Assembly: GCF_009914755.1 (NCBI RefSeq)
Contig: NC_060925.1
DNA from: the human T2T-CHM13v2.0 reference genome, Homo sapiens
Direction: 5' to 3' (one strand)
DNA: 64,000 nt
A program made the translations under genes and the position numbers. The notes beneath the pieces were generated by a model. That model did no database searches. It worked only from the letters and a program-made list of their open reading frames with translations, and was not told the origin of the DNA. Positions 1 through 15,639 of the stretch are shown here, one piece after another (position 1 is the first letter of the stretch; each line of letters opens with the position of its first letter).

Positions 1-1009
1 TTAATAAGAGCTACCATATAGATTACAAAGGAGAATTAATGTATTATTTATCTGAATAACTGTATGTTAAAGGAAGATAAACTTTCATTCTACCTGGGAA
101 AGAGCTTTTAATCAACCATAGCTCCCAGGAATAGAATGGAATAGAAAACCTACCCTTGTGAGGTAGACTTCTGTCTCTGATTACTTCATGCAGGGTCTAA
201 ATGTCCATAAGTCTACAACTTCAGCCTGTTTATCCTTCTTTTTTTCATTCACATGGTTCTTTGTTTACAGCTCTCATGTTGTTCTCTTTACATTCAGGTT
301 ATATAGAGGCCTGTGATAGTCCTCATATGATGGTAAGGTTTCTCACAGCAAAGACCAAGCTTTGTTAATTTTGTCAGCATATGGTGCCTAACACTAAGCT
401 GTATACCTAACCAGTTAATAACTGCTGCTTTGTTGAGAATGAAAAAGTTTAGGCCCCAATTTCAAATATTTTCTACCCCAACTATGTTATGCAATATATT
501 AATACTAAATATGCCAGTCTATTTTCTTGCTTAGTAATAAAAATACAACGTGTTGAGATAAAATATTTCTGGTAGCTAATCAATATTCCAGTTCTCAATT
601 ATCCATGCTAGATTATATTATGCATTAATTTGATTGCATGCTCTGCAGTATATTGTGTATGTGTTGTGCAAAGGCATAATTGCTCATGTTCATACATAAT
701 AAGTAGGTTTGGGAATTTGTCTGGAGGTATATCTTAGTTATTAATAGTGATTGTCAAGTGCACATTTCAAGTTTAGAACCTCTTTGGCCTTCTGGGAGTC
801 AGAGTCTCAATTTCAAGGAAAATTTAAACCTTTCCTTTCATGTATTCCTGTTCACTTAATCCTGTCAAAATAGAAGATTTTGTGTCTAAGAAGAAAGAGC
901 TAGAGGCTAATTAAAGGAGTGAAGGCCAGGGTTTCATGGACCTCTGATTTCTCTCCAAATGAGTGATGAATTAAATGTAAATAAGTCAGAAACATACCTT
1001 AGGTTTTGC

Positions 1010-1472
1010 TTTTTTTTTTAATTGTTATAAAAAATTAATGTAAAATTTAGCATCTTAACCATTCTTAAGTGTACAGTTCAGTAGTATGAAGCATATTTGC
1101 ATTGTTATAAAATAGATCTTCAGAAGTTTTTTCATCTTGCAGAACTAAAACTCCATACACATTAAACAACTCCCCATTCCCCTGTCCCCTCATTTCTCTC
1201 TTGGTAACTACCATTCTCCTTTCTGTTTTTATGAAATTGACTACTTTAGATGCTGCACTACTGCATGGAACCATGCAGTACTGGTTTTTTTGGTGACTGG
1301 CTTATTTCATTTTATATAATGTTCTTAAGGATCATTCATGTTGTAGCATGTGACTTGATTTCCCTCCTATTTCCCATATAATATTCCATTTTACATATAT
1401 ACCACATTTTGTTTAACCATTCATCTGTCTATAAACATGTGGGTTGCTTCCACTTCTTGACTATTGTGAATT
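1010..1472 (-). mobile_element. L1MA/L1MB-type LINE-1 3' end fragment
   Basis: T-tail followed by typical antisense L1M 3' UTR text (accattcttaagtgtacagttcagtag...gtgactggcttatttca...gggttgcttccac...tattgtgaa). Confidence 0.8.
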
Positions 1473-1606
1473 TCTTTTTTAACTAAGTGTATTTGAAAAT
1501 ATACAGTTTCTGTATCAGTTCCATTTTAAATTTTCTCTCTATGAAGATGAAGGAAGAATATTTTTATACACTTGAAAACTTAAAACTCTTTGTCACTTAA
1601 GCCTTC

Positions 1607-3985
<2,379 letters not shown>

Positions 3986-4222
3986 GCTTCTTATTGTAGA
4001 TTGTTATTCTCTGATAAAAACTGGTACCAAATATTTTTAGACAGAATAATATTATGAAAGTCAGTACAAGGAACGTATAAAACTCTGAAAACAGATATTA
4101 GATTTGTTTGGCAGATTGGTGAATAGGCAATGGAAGTGAATGACTCTTTATCTCCTGAAGGACCAAGGAGGCTTTGAAGAGAATTACTAAGACACACTCA
4201 TACCTTTTAAAAAGTAACTCTT

Positions 4223-4543
<321 letters not shown>

Positions 4544-4569
4544 TCAAAATTCAATATTTTCCAAACTTA

Positions 4570-5438
4570 TTAGAATCTACAAGGAACTCAACAAGAAAAA
4601 AAAACCTCATTAAAAAGCAGGCAAAAGACATGAAAAGACATTTCTCAAAAGAAGACATACAAGTGGCCAAGAAACATATGAAAAAATGCTCAATATCACT
4701 AATTATGAGAGAAATGTAAACTAAAACCACAATGAAATATCATTTCATACCAGTCAGAATGACTGTTAAAAAGTCGGAAAATGACAAATGTTGGAAGATG
4801 TAGATAAAAAGATATGCTTATACACTATTGGTGGGAATGCAACTTAGTTCAGGCACTATGGAAAGCAATTTGGAGACTTCTCAAAGAACTAAAAATAGCA
4901 CTACCATTTGACCCAGCAATCCCACTATTGGGTATACAGCCAAAAGAAAAGAAATTATATTTAAAAAACACCTGCATTCATATATTTATCACAGCACCAT
5001 TCACAATAGCAAAGTCATGAAAACAACCTAAGTGTTCATCAATAGTGGATTGGATAAAGAAAATGTGGTACATATATACCATGGAATACTACGCAGCCAT
5101 AGACAAAAAATGAAACCATGTACTTTGCAGTAACATGGATGGAGCTGGAGGCCATTATCCTAAGTGAAATAGTTCAGAAACTGAAAATCAAATACTGTGT
5201 ATTCTTCCTTATAAGTGGGAGCTAAACAGTGGGTACCCATGGACATATAGAAGGAAATAATAGACACTGGGGACTCCAAAAGGTGGAAAGTGGTTGGGTG
5301 TGAGGGTTGAAAAACTACCTCTTGGGTACAGTGTTCACTATTTGAGTGATGGGTACACAAGAAACCCAAACTCCAACATTATGCAATATATCCATGTAAC
5401 AAACCTGCACGTTTACTTCCTGAATCTAAAATAAAATA
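4570..5438 (+). mobile_element. L1PB-type LINE-1, 5'-truncated (end of ORF2 plus 3' UTR)
   Basis: ORF2 C-terminal text (ORF 4814-5020 LIHYWWECNLVQALWKAIWRLLKELKIALPFDPAIPLLGI) and a 3' end ...aaacctgcac...tgaatctaaaataaaa. Confidence 0.9.
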
Positions 5439-7199
5439 ATATTTCAAATTTAACTTCTTTTCCACCTTTATTAAAGGTAAAGCTATTACTTTTGTTTTAA
5501 CACTATAGTGAATAGAATTTTCTGTGTTGTTTTAAATAATTCCGTGATCTAAGTATCTGATGCAGAGATCTTTACCAATGAACATCAATGGTTTTTCCAC
5601 AAAATTAAGATCTTTTCTAAGATGAATTTACAAGGGCTTTGAGTGTGTATGTAAAAATAAGTCCTAGAATTCTTTTACAATAATGACAAGCATGGCCTTT
5701 CAATTTTTCAACATTCTGAAAATTGATAAACAAAGTCATTTACCCTGTCTCTAATTTTCTGAAGATTAGATTCATTAGTTTAACTCATGGTTATAGTTTT
5801 TGTGTCAACCGTATTGATGTATACATCAATAAACACAATCTTTCACTTTCACTCACTCTTCTGTCTCCTCCATCTCCTTCCAGTTCCTACATTATTCAGA
5901 ATCCTTGGCAATTCATATGTGTTCGGTGTGAAGATATGGAATTGTCAGCATCAGGAAAAGCTATTACCTTGCTACTTCAGACTGAGTCTTTCTCTTTTCT
6001 TTGTTTACTTTAGATGATTTCTTTTTTTTAAAGACTGAGTTCTTGAATTCTTATTCTCTGACTTGCTTCATAATCCATTTCAGAATTTCTTGCTCCTACA
6101 CTTTGTTTCTTTATGAATCAGTCTGTGCATGAGATATTCCATTTTTAACCCAGCTTAAATTTCTCCAATGTACCCTTGTTTTGCTTTCAAGACAGTTAGC
6201 AACTCTGAATTCAAGCCTATGATCTTCTTTTAGAAACCTGATCTGACTGACTCCTGCAAAATTCTACCTTTTTTCCTGGCTCTTAATTTAGCTTTGAAAA
6301 TGAAGTACATACTATTTATCTGGTTATACATTTTAAAGTAGATTCTAAGTGCAAAAAATGTGCCTAGTCAATTCAAGTTGACTCCTGATTTTTTGAAAAA
6401 ACATTAAGAATTGAATAACAAGAATAAGAATAAATATAAGGCTACTGACTGAAATGTGATCTTTCTCTTATTTTGAACATCTTATTTCACAAAGTTCTAA
6501 GTCCTTTTCTATTTGGCTTGACCGCTTCCATATGATCATGGATATAAAACGATTAAACAGAAAGTTCACATTCAGCAAATATCAAGGTGTTCTTAATATC
6601 GTAACTTGAAATCAATGAAGAAGTCACATTTTCTGCTTTGTAAAAACTGCCTCACATGTCCCTGGTCTGGCAAAAAATACACACACAAGTACTGAAAACA
6701 GAAGATGATAGCACCAGCTAAATAGCACCATTGCTAGGCATAAGATTTGAAAGCCAGCACTTTGCAGGGAAAATTTGAGTAAACAACCTCTGTGGAAATA
6801 CAGTTAATTAAATCTCGATTCTATAAACTGTGAACCAAAGTTTATATAAAAGAGAGACTAAGAAGTCTTTGTTGTAAGTATTAAAAATTCTGACATAAGG
6901 AAGTGACCACTCTAGCCATATCAGTGTCAGAAAATGACAGTGTGGGGCTCCAAGGCTGAGAATCAGTGGGGCTGCAAAATCTGGACAAAGAAAGGCAGAA
7001 CAAGACATAGACTACAGAAAAGAGAACATTATCTGAGCAATACCAGGCTAATCCCTTGGTGTGAAGAAAATAGGAGTTAATACCAAAAACATATGGCTCA
7101 TTATTCATGTAATTATGCTTGCAAGCTATATAGTAAACTATATGTGAAATTTTCATACCATAGTATAAATTCAGTCATTAGTTTTTCCTTTTCATATAT

Positions 7200-7500
7200 A
7201 CATTAAGTAAATATGTATTGAGGACCCTCAGATGTCTCAGGCATGGACCTATAATGGTGAAGGATTCAGCTTTGCCCTCAAGGATCTTACAGGAATGGGG
7301 CAGATGGCAAGGAAAGAAACAATACCGTGTGGTAAGCACAGGGCACTAGGGGAACAGGAAGTAGTGATCTATTTATCTGGATCCTTGTGGGCAGAGGAAA
7401 TAAACATAACTAAGAACAATGAATGATAAGTTTACAGGAGGGTAGGGGAGAAGATTCCAAGTAGAAGCATCGTACTAAATTTTGAGTGGGGCAAAAGTTC
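7200..7500 (-). mobile_element. L2 fragment
   Basis: aaatatgtattgag...gccctcaaggatcttaca is typical of an antisense L2 3' region; highly diverged. Confidence 0.5.
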
Positions 7501-8045
7501 AGTGAAACTTTTATTTTTATTATAAACCCACCAAAGTAAAAGTTCTCAGCTTACATATTATAGATAGCTCTCTGAACTGGATGAATGTCAGCTGTGATTT
7601 CAATCAAGCAATGATGATATGGCCAGATGGAGTGTGCCACCTCCCTTCAGCATTTTGTCTTAAGAGGGTTTCTAATATGGCTTGTCAGACAGTATGTGTA
7701 TTCCGTGTGTTGCTGGAAATTTGAAGCTACCGTCTAGAAACAAAGGTCTTGGTCTCAGCAGCATTCAGTGAGTTGGTGCCCCCCAGTACCTTGGATAAAA
7801 AAATGTATCCTATAAAGGGCTCCATGAAGCACAAATGTAAAAACATGCTACAAAAACATCTCTCCTTTTCATTGTGCCACAGGGGCTATCACTGTGAGTC
7901 TGACTTGCAAAGTGCACAGCAAAGCGAACCTGTGGTCTCACTACTTTGCTTTATACTATTGCCCACTCCAGCACCTGCATAAGGCTGAAGGATATCCACC
8001 AAGAGAATGCTCATCACTTTGCCAACTGCCCTCTGTGCTCTAGCC

Positions 8046-8267
8046 CAGGGTGGGCATTTTTTTTTTCTGTGAAGACCAGCTGGCAAATATTCTAGGTTTC
8101 ATGTACCTTACAGTCTCTGTGACAGCTAATCAACTCTGCCGTCGTAGAGAAAACCAGCACAAAACCATCTATAGGCAATAGACAAATGAATGAATGTGGC
8201 TGTGTTTCAATCAAACTAAATTTGCAGAAACATGCAGTGGTCCCAGGCCATAGTTTGCTGATCCCTG
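8046..8267 (-). mobile_element. MER58A (hAT-Charlie MITE)
   Basis: Termini cagggtgggca...tttgctgatccctg; internal aatgaatgtggctgtgtttcaat and caactctgccgtcgtag match MER58A. Confidence 0.85.
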
Positions 8268-8504
8268 CTCTCAACAATCCTTTAAGGTGTGGTATCTGGA
8301 TCCTAGCATATGCTGTTTCTGTTTCATGAAACATTCCTCCTTCATCTCTCTGCCTAGCTAGATTTTAGTAATTCTTCAGCTATTAGCAGAGGTTATTTTT
8401 TGAGGGCAGATGCCTCACTGATGCCCCAAATCTGATGGTATGCCACTTCCTCTCCAGAGTACTGACTGATTTCTGGTTGTCTGGAGACTTGCTCTCTGCA
8501 CTTC

Positions 8505-8632
8505 AGAGTATGAGCTTCCTAAGGGTAGAAATCTGCTTCCCTTTCTGCCTGCTGAATCCCTGGCACCTAACACACAATGCCTGGGACATAGAAGTGACTA
8601 AATACATATTTGTTTAATGCTTAACAAATGAA
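8505..8632 (+). mobile_element. L2 3' end
   Basis: tgagcttcctaagggtag...cctggcacctaacac...aaatacatatttgtttaatg. Confidence 0.7.
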
Positions 8633-9319
8633 ATTACTTACATCTTCCTTACTTTGTTAGGATCATAATTCTAGCAGGTGAAATTATTTATGGTCTTATA
8701 GTTTATGAGCCATGTCACCATGTTATCACATTGTAACAAAGCAAAGGTTTAACTATATCTCGGCTCCAGTGGCATTCAGAGGGCTGTGGAAATCAATAGT
8801 TTTAGCTTCATTTAGCTAAGTGGAGAATGCCATTTGGGCAGTCTGTGTCTACTAACAACTTGGTCCACACCCACTGCTCTGCTGTCTCGAGGTGGAGAAT
8901 AACACCTCTCTGTCCCCATCAGTGTCTTCCACTCTTTTTAGAAGTACTGCCAGCACAATGCTGTCTATGCTCCAATGCTTAACAAAATTTTTAGTGAAAT
9001 GTTGCTTACCTTTTTGATATATCTTATTATCATCCTAGAGCCCAGAGAAGTGCATTAGATTAACATGGAATCAGAATCCGATGTAACCAGAATAACTTCC
9101 CTCCACCAAGACTAATGCTTTGTTACTGGGTCTAAAATGTTGGGCTCAGTTCTTGGGAAGACTTACTTCCCAGGAAGCTCCTCTGTGTCTCTTAGGCTCA
9201 CACTTCAAGGAGGCTGCTCATTAATTTTTCAACATGCTCAGGTATCACTGTGAATCCTGGCCAGAGCAAGCTGGTACCTTGACTACTCTTTTTTCCTCTT
9301 CCACTTGCAGGTAGAACAA

Positions 9320-9566
9320 CAACTAATAACAAATGTATATATGTAGCTCACTATGTGCCAGGTATTCACCATCTGTAAGTGATTTACCAGTAGTAACTTA
9401 ATTGAACCTTGTGGTGATTCTATTGCATTATCTTTATTTCACCAAGGAAGAAGCTGAGGCACAGAGATGTTAGTTACATTGCCTAAAGTCACACAGCTAG
9501 TAATGATGGAGCTAGGAATATAACTCAGACACTCTGGTTCTGAGTAAATGCCCTAAACCCATGCTG
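9320..9566 (-). mobile_element. MIR
   Basis: cactatgtgccagg...gctgaggcacagagatgttagt...gcctaaagtcacacagctagta is the antisense MIR core. Confidence 0.85.
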
Positions 9567-10756
9567 CTGGTGCTGTGATAGCTGAGTCTCAGCCTCTTCC
9601 TTTCTCCTACCCCTAAAGAATATACAGTCTTCATTCTACCCACTTCTCTCTCAGAATCTCAGAAACTAGGAAAAAAGGAGGGGTAGAAAACACATAACAG
9701 TGCATAACTTATGGTACAGACTGAGACTTGAGGGGAAATATTCAGAGACCACTTTAGATATTAGGCAATGCTAGCTCTATAATAAGTAGAAAATTCCAAA
9801 TTCAAGATATTCTGAGCCTTGAAAATCATGAGGGAAATAAAAATGCCCTTGAATGGCTATGCTGCTTTCTCTATTCAAAGAGCTAGCTTGGAACACTAAA
9901 AGGATGTTCTTATTCACTAAGTGTTTTTCACTGTTTGAGTCTGCAGTGGAGTTTTAGCCACAAATAAATGTTTTTCCTAAAATTGAAATCAATTTGTAAA
10001 ATAATGTAGAAAATATAAAGCCTCTTGCTGTTTTTCTCAGTGATAAAGCAGCAGGACCGCAGCAGGAACCAACCATGAAAAATGTGGCCACCTCGTTGAG
10101 CTTTGCACTAGGAAGCTACTTCATTTTCACATACAAGGATTCTCCCTATTCCGTGTTGCAAATAAAAATTAGTAAATTAGTAGTACTAAGTTTAATGAAC
10201 TCTACTGAACTCTGTGTGATACAGGAACTGACAACTATGGGTCTGAAGATATTACATCCCTGTTGCTTTGTGAAAATTATCTTTACTCCAGACTTGATAG
10301 AATTAGCGTAAACAGATAACTCATCCATCTTTCAATTTAAAGACCTTCCTTTTCCTCCCATCTTTTTCCTTTTCATCTTCAATGGTTAATTCTCATTTGA
10401 AAGGATCATTCCCTTCATAGACATATCCCCGGACTAAAACATGCTCTTTCTAACCTAAAGAAATGGTTTCTTCATAAACTCATAGGCATTAACATATTTT
10501 TGTAAGGTCACCAAGAGTGACTTGTTCGGGGTACCTGAAAGTCAATATGGCGATAAACTGAAGAATCAGATTTTTCTTCCTGATTTTTCTAAGATTATTG
10601 TGGGTAAGATGAACCATCACTTTTTGGGCCCTAGAAACTGATTTATATAGAGACTAGAAAATGTTTTACATAGAGAAACTAATTTATATGCAGATTAGAA
10701 AATGTTTTTGGAGTTTATTTTCCCACTAGTAAAGCCAATTTTTTTCTATGTAATGA

Positions 10757-10845
10757 ATCCATTCACCTACCCATCTACCCATCAGTCTACCCATTCACAT
10801 GTCCATCCATCCATCCATTCATCCATCCATCCATCCACCCACCCA
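10757..10845 (+). repeat. (TCCA)n simple repeat
   Basis: ccatccatccatccattcatccatccatccatccaccc. Confidence 0.85.
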
Positions 10846-10899
10846 GTCCAATCTATAATTCTAACCATCTTGACCCTTTTTATATTGCTTCTCTGCTTC

Positions 10900-11075
10900 A
10901 TTTTTATCTTTGCCCTTGTCATCTTTTACTATTTGACACAAGTTTTTTATTTCATTTATTGTCTGCCTCACACTTTAGAATGTAAATTCCATTAAGTCAG
11001 AAATTCCAGTCCATTTTGTTCATGGTGTATCCCCAGCACCTAGAACAATACTTGACAATAAATGATAATAAATGT
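10900..11075 (+). mobile_element. L2 3' end
   Basis: tagaatgtaaattccat...ttttgttcatggtgtatccccagcacctagaaca. Confidence 0.75.
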
Positions 11076-11094
11076 GAGAAATGTTGCAAGAATT

Positions 11095-11570
11095 TTTATT
11101 AAATATTTATTTAGCATTTACTACTTTTAAAGCACTGGATTGAGTGCCAAAAAGGATCTAAGATGAAGCAGATATGGGTCTCACTGTCAAGGAATTCCAG
11201 GCCAAGAAAGCTATCACCAAAATATATTATTTTAATGGCATCATTATATAGGGGGCAAAGTTGTTTTCATGAGAAAAATGAAGCATATGTGGTATTTATA
11301 CTGTGCCTGAGTGAAAGGCTTCCCCAAGGAAGTGACACATGACATTGAATAAGGGGAAGTATTTGAAAACCGAGAGTTGTAGTGGAAGGGCATCCTAGAA
11401 AAAAGTGACAACTGGAATTAACAAGTGGAAGTGGAAAATGCAGGATATGTTGGAGACAGAAAAGCAATTGGTTCAGTTTAGAGGAAGCCTAGAGGCCAGA
11501 AAGATAATAATGGAGAAGATCTATTTGGAAAGAGTGGTTGGGTCAGATTATGGAGGATTTTGATGTCACC
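11095..11570 (-). mobile_element. L2 fragment
   Basis: aaatatttatttagcatttactac...gaaaggcttcccaaggaagtgaca; antisense L2. Confidence 0.55.
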
Positions 11571-12227
11571 TGTTGGCAGTAGCGAGTCCGAGATTCTCTC
11601 GTATCTGAACCTCTCTGTCTCCCCTATATTATAACTTTTGAATGACAATATTTTATGCTTCCTGTTCTGGTTTCCAAAGCAGCAATGTGGCCATCCCAGT
11701 TTGCTAGAGCCTGGAAGGATTCTTGTATGAAATGCAAATTCAGTCTTTGATCTACATTTTGTAGGTCAACAACCTCAGTTTCGTGGTGGTAATTACAGGG
11801 CTCACAAGGATGTTGTTCTTGAGTAATGAATCTAATATATTAGTCACAAACAGTAAGCATCTCACTTCCCCTACTCCTCCTTTTGGTTAAGGAGCACAAA
11901 TTGTCCCCAGTTCTTTGAGATTTCTTCCGGGTTCATCTGGAGCATGGATTTCTACCTTTGCAAACATTTAACTTGCAGCCCTAGAGCTGTGTAATAACAG
12001 ATAGTATTTTCTACTCCTAGCCTTATCTGGGGAGAACACACACAAAAAAGTGTTTTTTATTTTGGCATGTGAGACTATCGAGTGTGTCCTTGTTCCATAA
12101 GTGTACTTTGGCACCAGGAAGCAGAGACAGCAGCTTTCAAGTGATGGGAGAAACAGACTGATTAAGAGCTCTGCCTGGGCAGACGGTACTGAAACTGGGT
12201 GTGTAGTCCTTGCCTCATCATTTCAGT

Positions 12228-12355
12228 TTTTTTAATGTAAATTTTTATTTTTGATTGAAAAATAATAATGTATGTATTTATGGGGTACAATGTAATGTTT
12301 TATTATACACAGACATGCACACACACGCGCACACACACACATTGTATTGCAGTAT
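12228..12355 (-). mobile_element. L1MA 3' terminal fragment with (CA)n
   Basis: aataataatgtatgtatttatggggtacaatgtaatg. Confidence 0.65.
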
Positions 12356-12899
12356 TATTCACAATCGCCAAAACAGTTTGGGGGTTTTCATGAAAAAAAT
12401 TCCAATTTTGGGTCTGTTAGTATATTTTATCATTTCCCCCATTCTCAATTCTTTTTCCTCTAAATTCCTTTCCCTCTCAGTTAATGACACCACTGTCCTA
12501 TCTTTCCATATACCCAGAATTAAAACTTCAGTGTCAATGGGAAAAACTGGTCATAACATCATCTATTTTAATTAAATTTAAGTAATTTATTTACTTAAAA
12601 AATCAAGATGAAAATACCTAATTTAAATTACCACTGAAGGCTAGCATTCATTTCCATGGCATGGCCATTTATTTGTTCTTTGACTTCATCTTCTCCTATT
12701 ATTTTCACTCCTATCCATTGAATAAATTCTGAAATGGGAATAGTATCAAATGGGAGTGTTACTTCCACACTTTGCTGGGTGGAGCAAACCTATCTCCTCA
12801 CAAAAGGGATAGAAGTCAGTTTGCAGTGACTTCCCTGATCCTACCAGCCAGACATGCTCCTTGCCTCTCTTCTTGCCTCCTCCTTTAATATTTAAAATA

Positions 12900-13051
12900 T
12901 TTTTTTTAATTTTATTTATTTATTTACTTTTTGTAGAGATAGGGTCTTGCTATGTTGGCCAGGCTGGTCTCTAAGTCCTGGGCTCAAGTGATCCTCCTGC
13001 TTCAACCTCCCAAAGTGCTGGGATTATAGGCGTGAGCCACGGTGCCTGGCT
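12900..13051 (-). mobile_element. FLAM_C or AluJ monomer
   Basis: Single left-arm Alu monomer with T-tail: tgtagagatagggtcttgctatgttggccagg...gagccacggtgcctggc. Confidence 0.9.
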
Positions 13052-13144
13052 TCTGCCTTTTTGTGATAACAGATGGTAACAGGAATGACACCACACTTAT
13101 TTGTACCACTGTCATGGCTCTAATGATTATGGCTTTGAAGTAGC

Positions 13145-13400
13145 ATCATTTGTTTAAAGAGCTCAGGTTGGTGGCCCAGCAAACTCGGGTTCAAATTATG
13201 CCTCTAGTGCTGACTTAATGACATGGGGCATGTCGCTTGACCTTGCTGGGCCTGTTTTCTCATCTGTAAGATGGAGATTACAAAAACTTTCAAGGTCCTT
13301 GTGGGAAGTAAACAAGTTAATATATGTAAGGCACATGCACATAGCCTGGGACCTGGTAAATAGGTGCCAAGGGTAGTTATTACTGTGGTTGTTATTGTTA
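13145..13400 (+). mobile_element. MIR (MIRb-like)
   Basis: gggttcaaat...tttctcatctgtaagatggagat...tatatgtaaggcac. Confidence 0.75.
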
Positions 13401-14081
13401 GAGTTTTTGTTTTACTTGTGCTAAAAATAGAAGATTCCCAAGGACAGAAGCTTCGTCTTCTACACCTTGAAGGGTAGTGTTTTTAATAAGCAAAGGTGAG
13501 TGTGTGAGGTGTCAGGTATGAGCACTGAGCTGTGGAGGCTTTCTTGATCTTTTGCTTTGTATTTTAATAGATTTCTTCTTCCAGTATCCTGCCTCCTGGT
13601 AATGAGAAAGGGGATAAGGTAACTTACACATAAATTTGGTTCAGGTACATCATTTTTTGTCCCTAGATCATAGATATCTATTTGCAAGGATGCAATCTGT
13701 GATAGCTAAATGTTTGCTTTGTTTTATAAAATCAAGCTAAGAGAAATAAATGTTAGGTTTCACATAAAAAAAGTCCTTTTCAGAAAGAGGGTGCTGTAAG
13801 TATTTCCATTCTCTCAAAGCATTCTAGAGACAGAAAAAGTGTTTTCTAACCCCTTCCCACCCCCACCATTCTTTTCTTTTGGTGCCTGGTGAAGAGTACA
13901 TTAAAATAGGAAGGAACATTCCAGAGTGCTCAATTGCCTCTGTTCAGGGTCCACAGCTGAATTTCTAAGTTCTTTCTCCTGTGGTTTATGCAGCCTATAC
14001 TTTGACTACTTCTAGTTAGACAGAAGGAAAGCTCACACATTTTGCAGTGAGCCAAGGTAAAAGAGAACTCTTTTGTCAAAG

Positions 14082-14420
14082 TAATAATAACACTTAGCAC
14101 TTATATAGGGCTTTTTATCTTCAAAAGGCCTTGCAAACATTAGCTAATTAAGAAGTCTGCTCAATGTGCAGCAGCTGTTGAAAAAATAAATGTGATGCTT
14201 GGGTGTATTAAAAAGAAGAACGAAAACATGAGGACATCCTATATCAAGCAGCTGTTGTACTCCGTCTAATTTGTTTGCTTCACCTGGTGGAATACATCAG
14301 ACGCTAAAATAGTCCTGCCCCATAGAGTAATAATGGTTAGGGATGAGGCAGAGCTTGTACATAATGGAATATTGCAAGGGCTACTGGATATTTACCGGAA
14401 GAGGAAAAACCAAAGAAAAG
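14082..14420. mobile_element. Ancient amniote MIR-like tail (14082-14151, -) abutting a CR1/L3 fragment (about 14152-14420, +)
   Basis: cacttagcacttatatagggctttttatcttcaaaaggccttgcaaacattagctaattaa resembles the recalled MIR1_Amn 3' end; caatgtgcagcagctgttgaaaaaataaatgtgatgcttgggtgtattaaaaag resembles the CR1/L3 ORF2 3' region. Confidence 0.55.
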
Positions 14421-15639
14421 CTGCATCGCCTAATTTTTATTACACTTTTATAATCATGGGCTCATGCAGCACTAATGAAACAGACATCTGACATGTCTAA
14501 TGACATGAACATATCGTAGATTCTTTAAGAAGAACCTATTTGCAAGAGCAAGCATTCTCATTTATTCATTCAAATTTACTACCAAATATGTATTGAGTAC
14601 TTACCAGACACTGGAGACATGCATTTAAAAATTACTTGGGGATAGTTTTGAAACAGCTGTGGCTCTATCATCTTACATGTTATTTACCTATTGTACCTTA
14701 ATTTTACATTAATATTGACACACATCCACCCAGACCCATATTAAATTCAATCAACATTTTTATTCGTTGATTCTTTGGCAGAAATGAGCTAATACACCAT
14801 TGCAAGAGCTGAGCTATTATTTTGGTGATGAAAACAAAATTTAGAAATAACCAAAAAATGTTTTTTTTTGTGGTTTTCTGCAATGGGCATTTGGATATGG
14901 TCCTCTTTTCTTTTTCTTGGTTTTTATAACAACAGTCATTGAGCTATACCTGCTGTTCTGTTTTAAATACCTGTTTCAAGAGGTTGCAAATTCCAAAAAC
15001 TTGCAAATTTCAAGAGGTTCCAAATTCCAAAGGAGGTGGTACATGAAGAGAAAAGGGACAGAGATCATATAATGTCAAAATGTAAGTGCCTGCATCCCAT
15101 TAGAGTATACCCCATGTTATTTATCAAAGTTTACACACATGCAAGGCGTATTAGAATACCTTACTTCCATTGTACAGAAGGAGATGGGGGAATTATACTT
15201 TGGATTGAGTTGATTGTTAAAATGGGGTTGTAAGAAAAATTATTTCCTCATTCAAGGAAGACAAATTATAAAAGAGATAGCAAGGAAGTGAATAAAGAAG
15301 AGAAGGTGTTCTAGGTATTGGGAAAAAATTGAAACAGAAAATGTTCCTAGACAGGAGAAAAATGTCTGAAGGAATTAGAAATAGGTTTATTTTTGCTAAG
15401 GAAAAGTTACAAGCCACCAAATAAAGTAAAGTAGCAAGGAGAAGCCAAGTCATGCAAAGCCAAGGCCATAGTTACAAAGATAAAAAAGCATCTACTTGTC
15501 ATTTCCCAAGTTCAGAGGATGGAACAGCGTGAAGTGACTAGAAGCCCAGGACCAACGGTTGATTTTCAAAGGTAAATGGTTGGGGAGGGGTTGACTCGGT
15601 TAGAAAAAAAGTCAATTTCAGTGATCACAGGCTCATCCT

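Noticed and set aside
11560-11580. CTCF-like motif CCAACAGGTGACAT on the - strand (similar weak hits near 7775, 26552 and 62900)
   Set aside because: Each has several core mismatches, which is expected by chance and not supportable without ChIP data.
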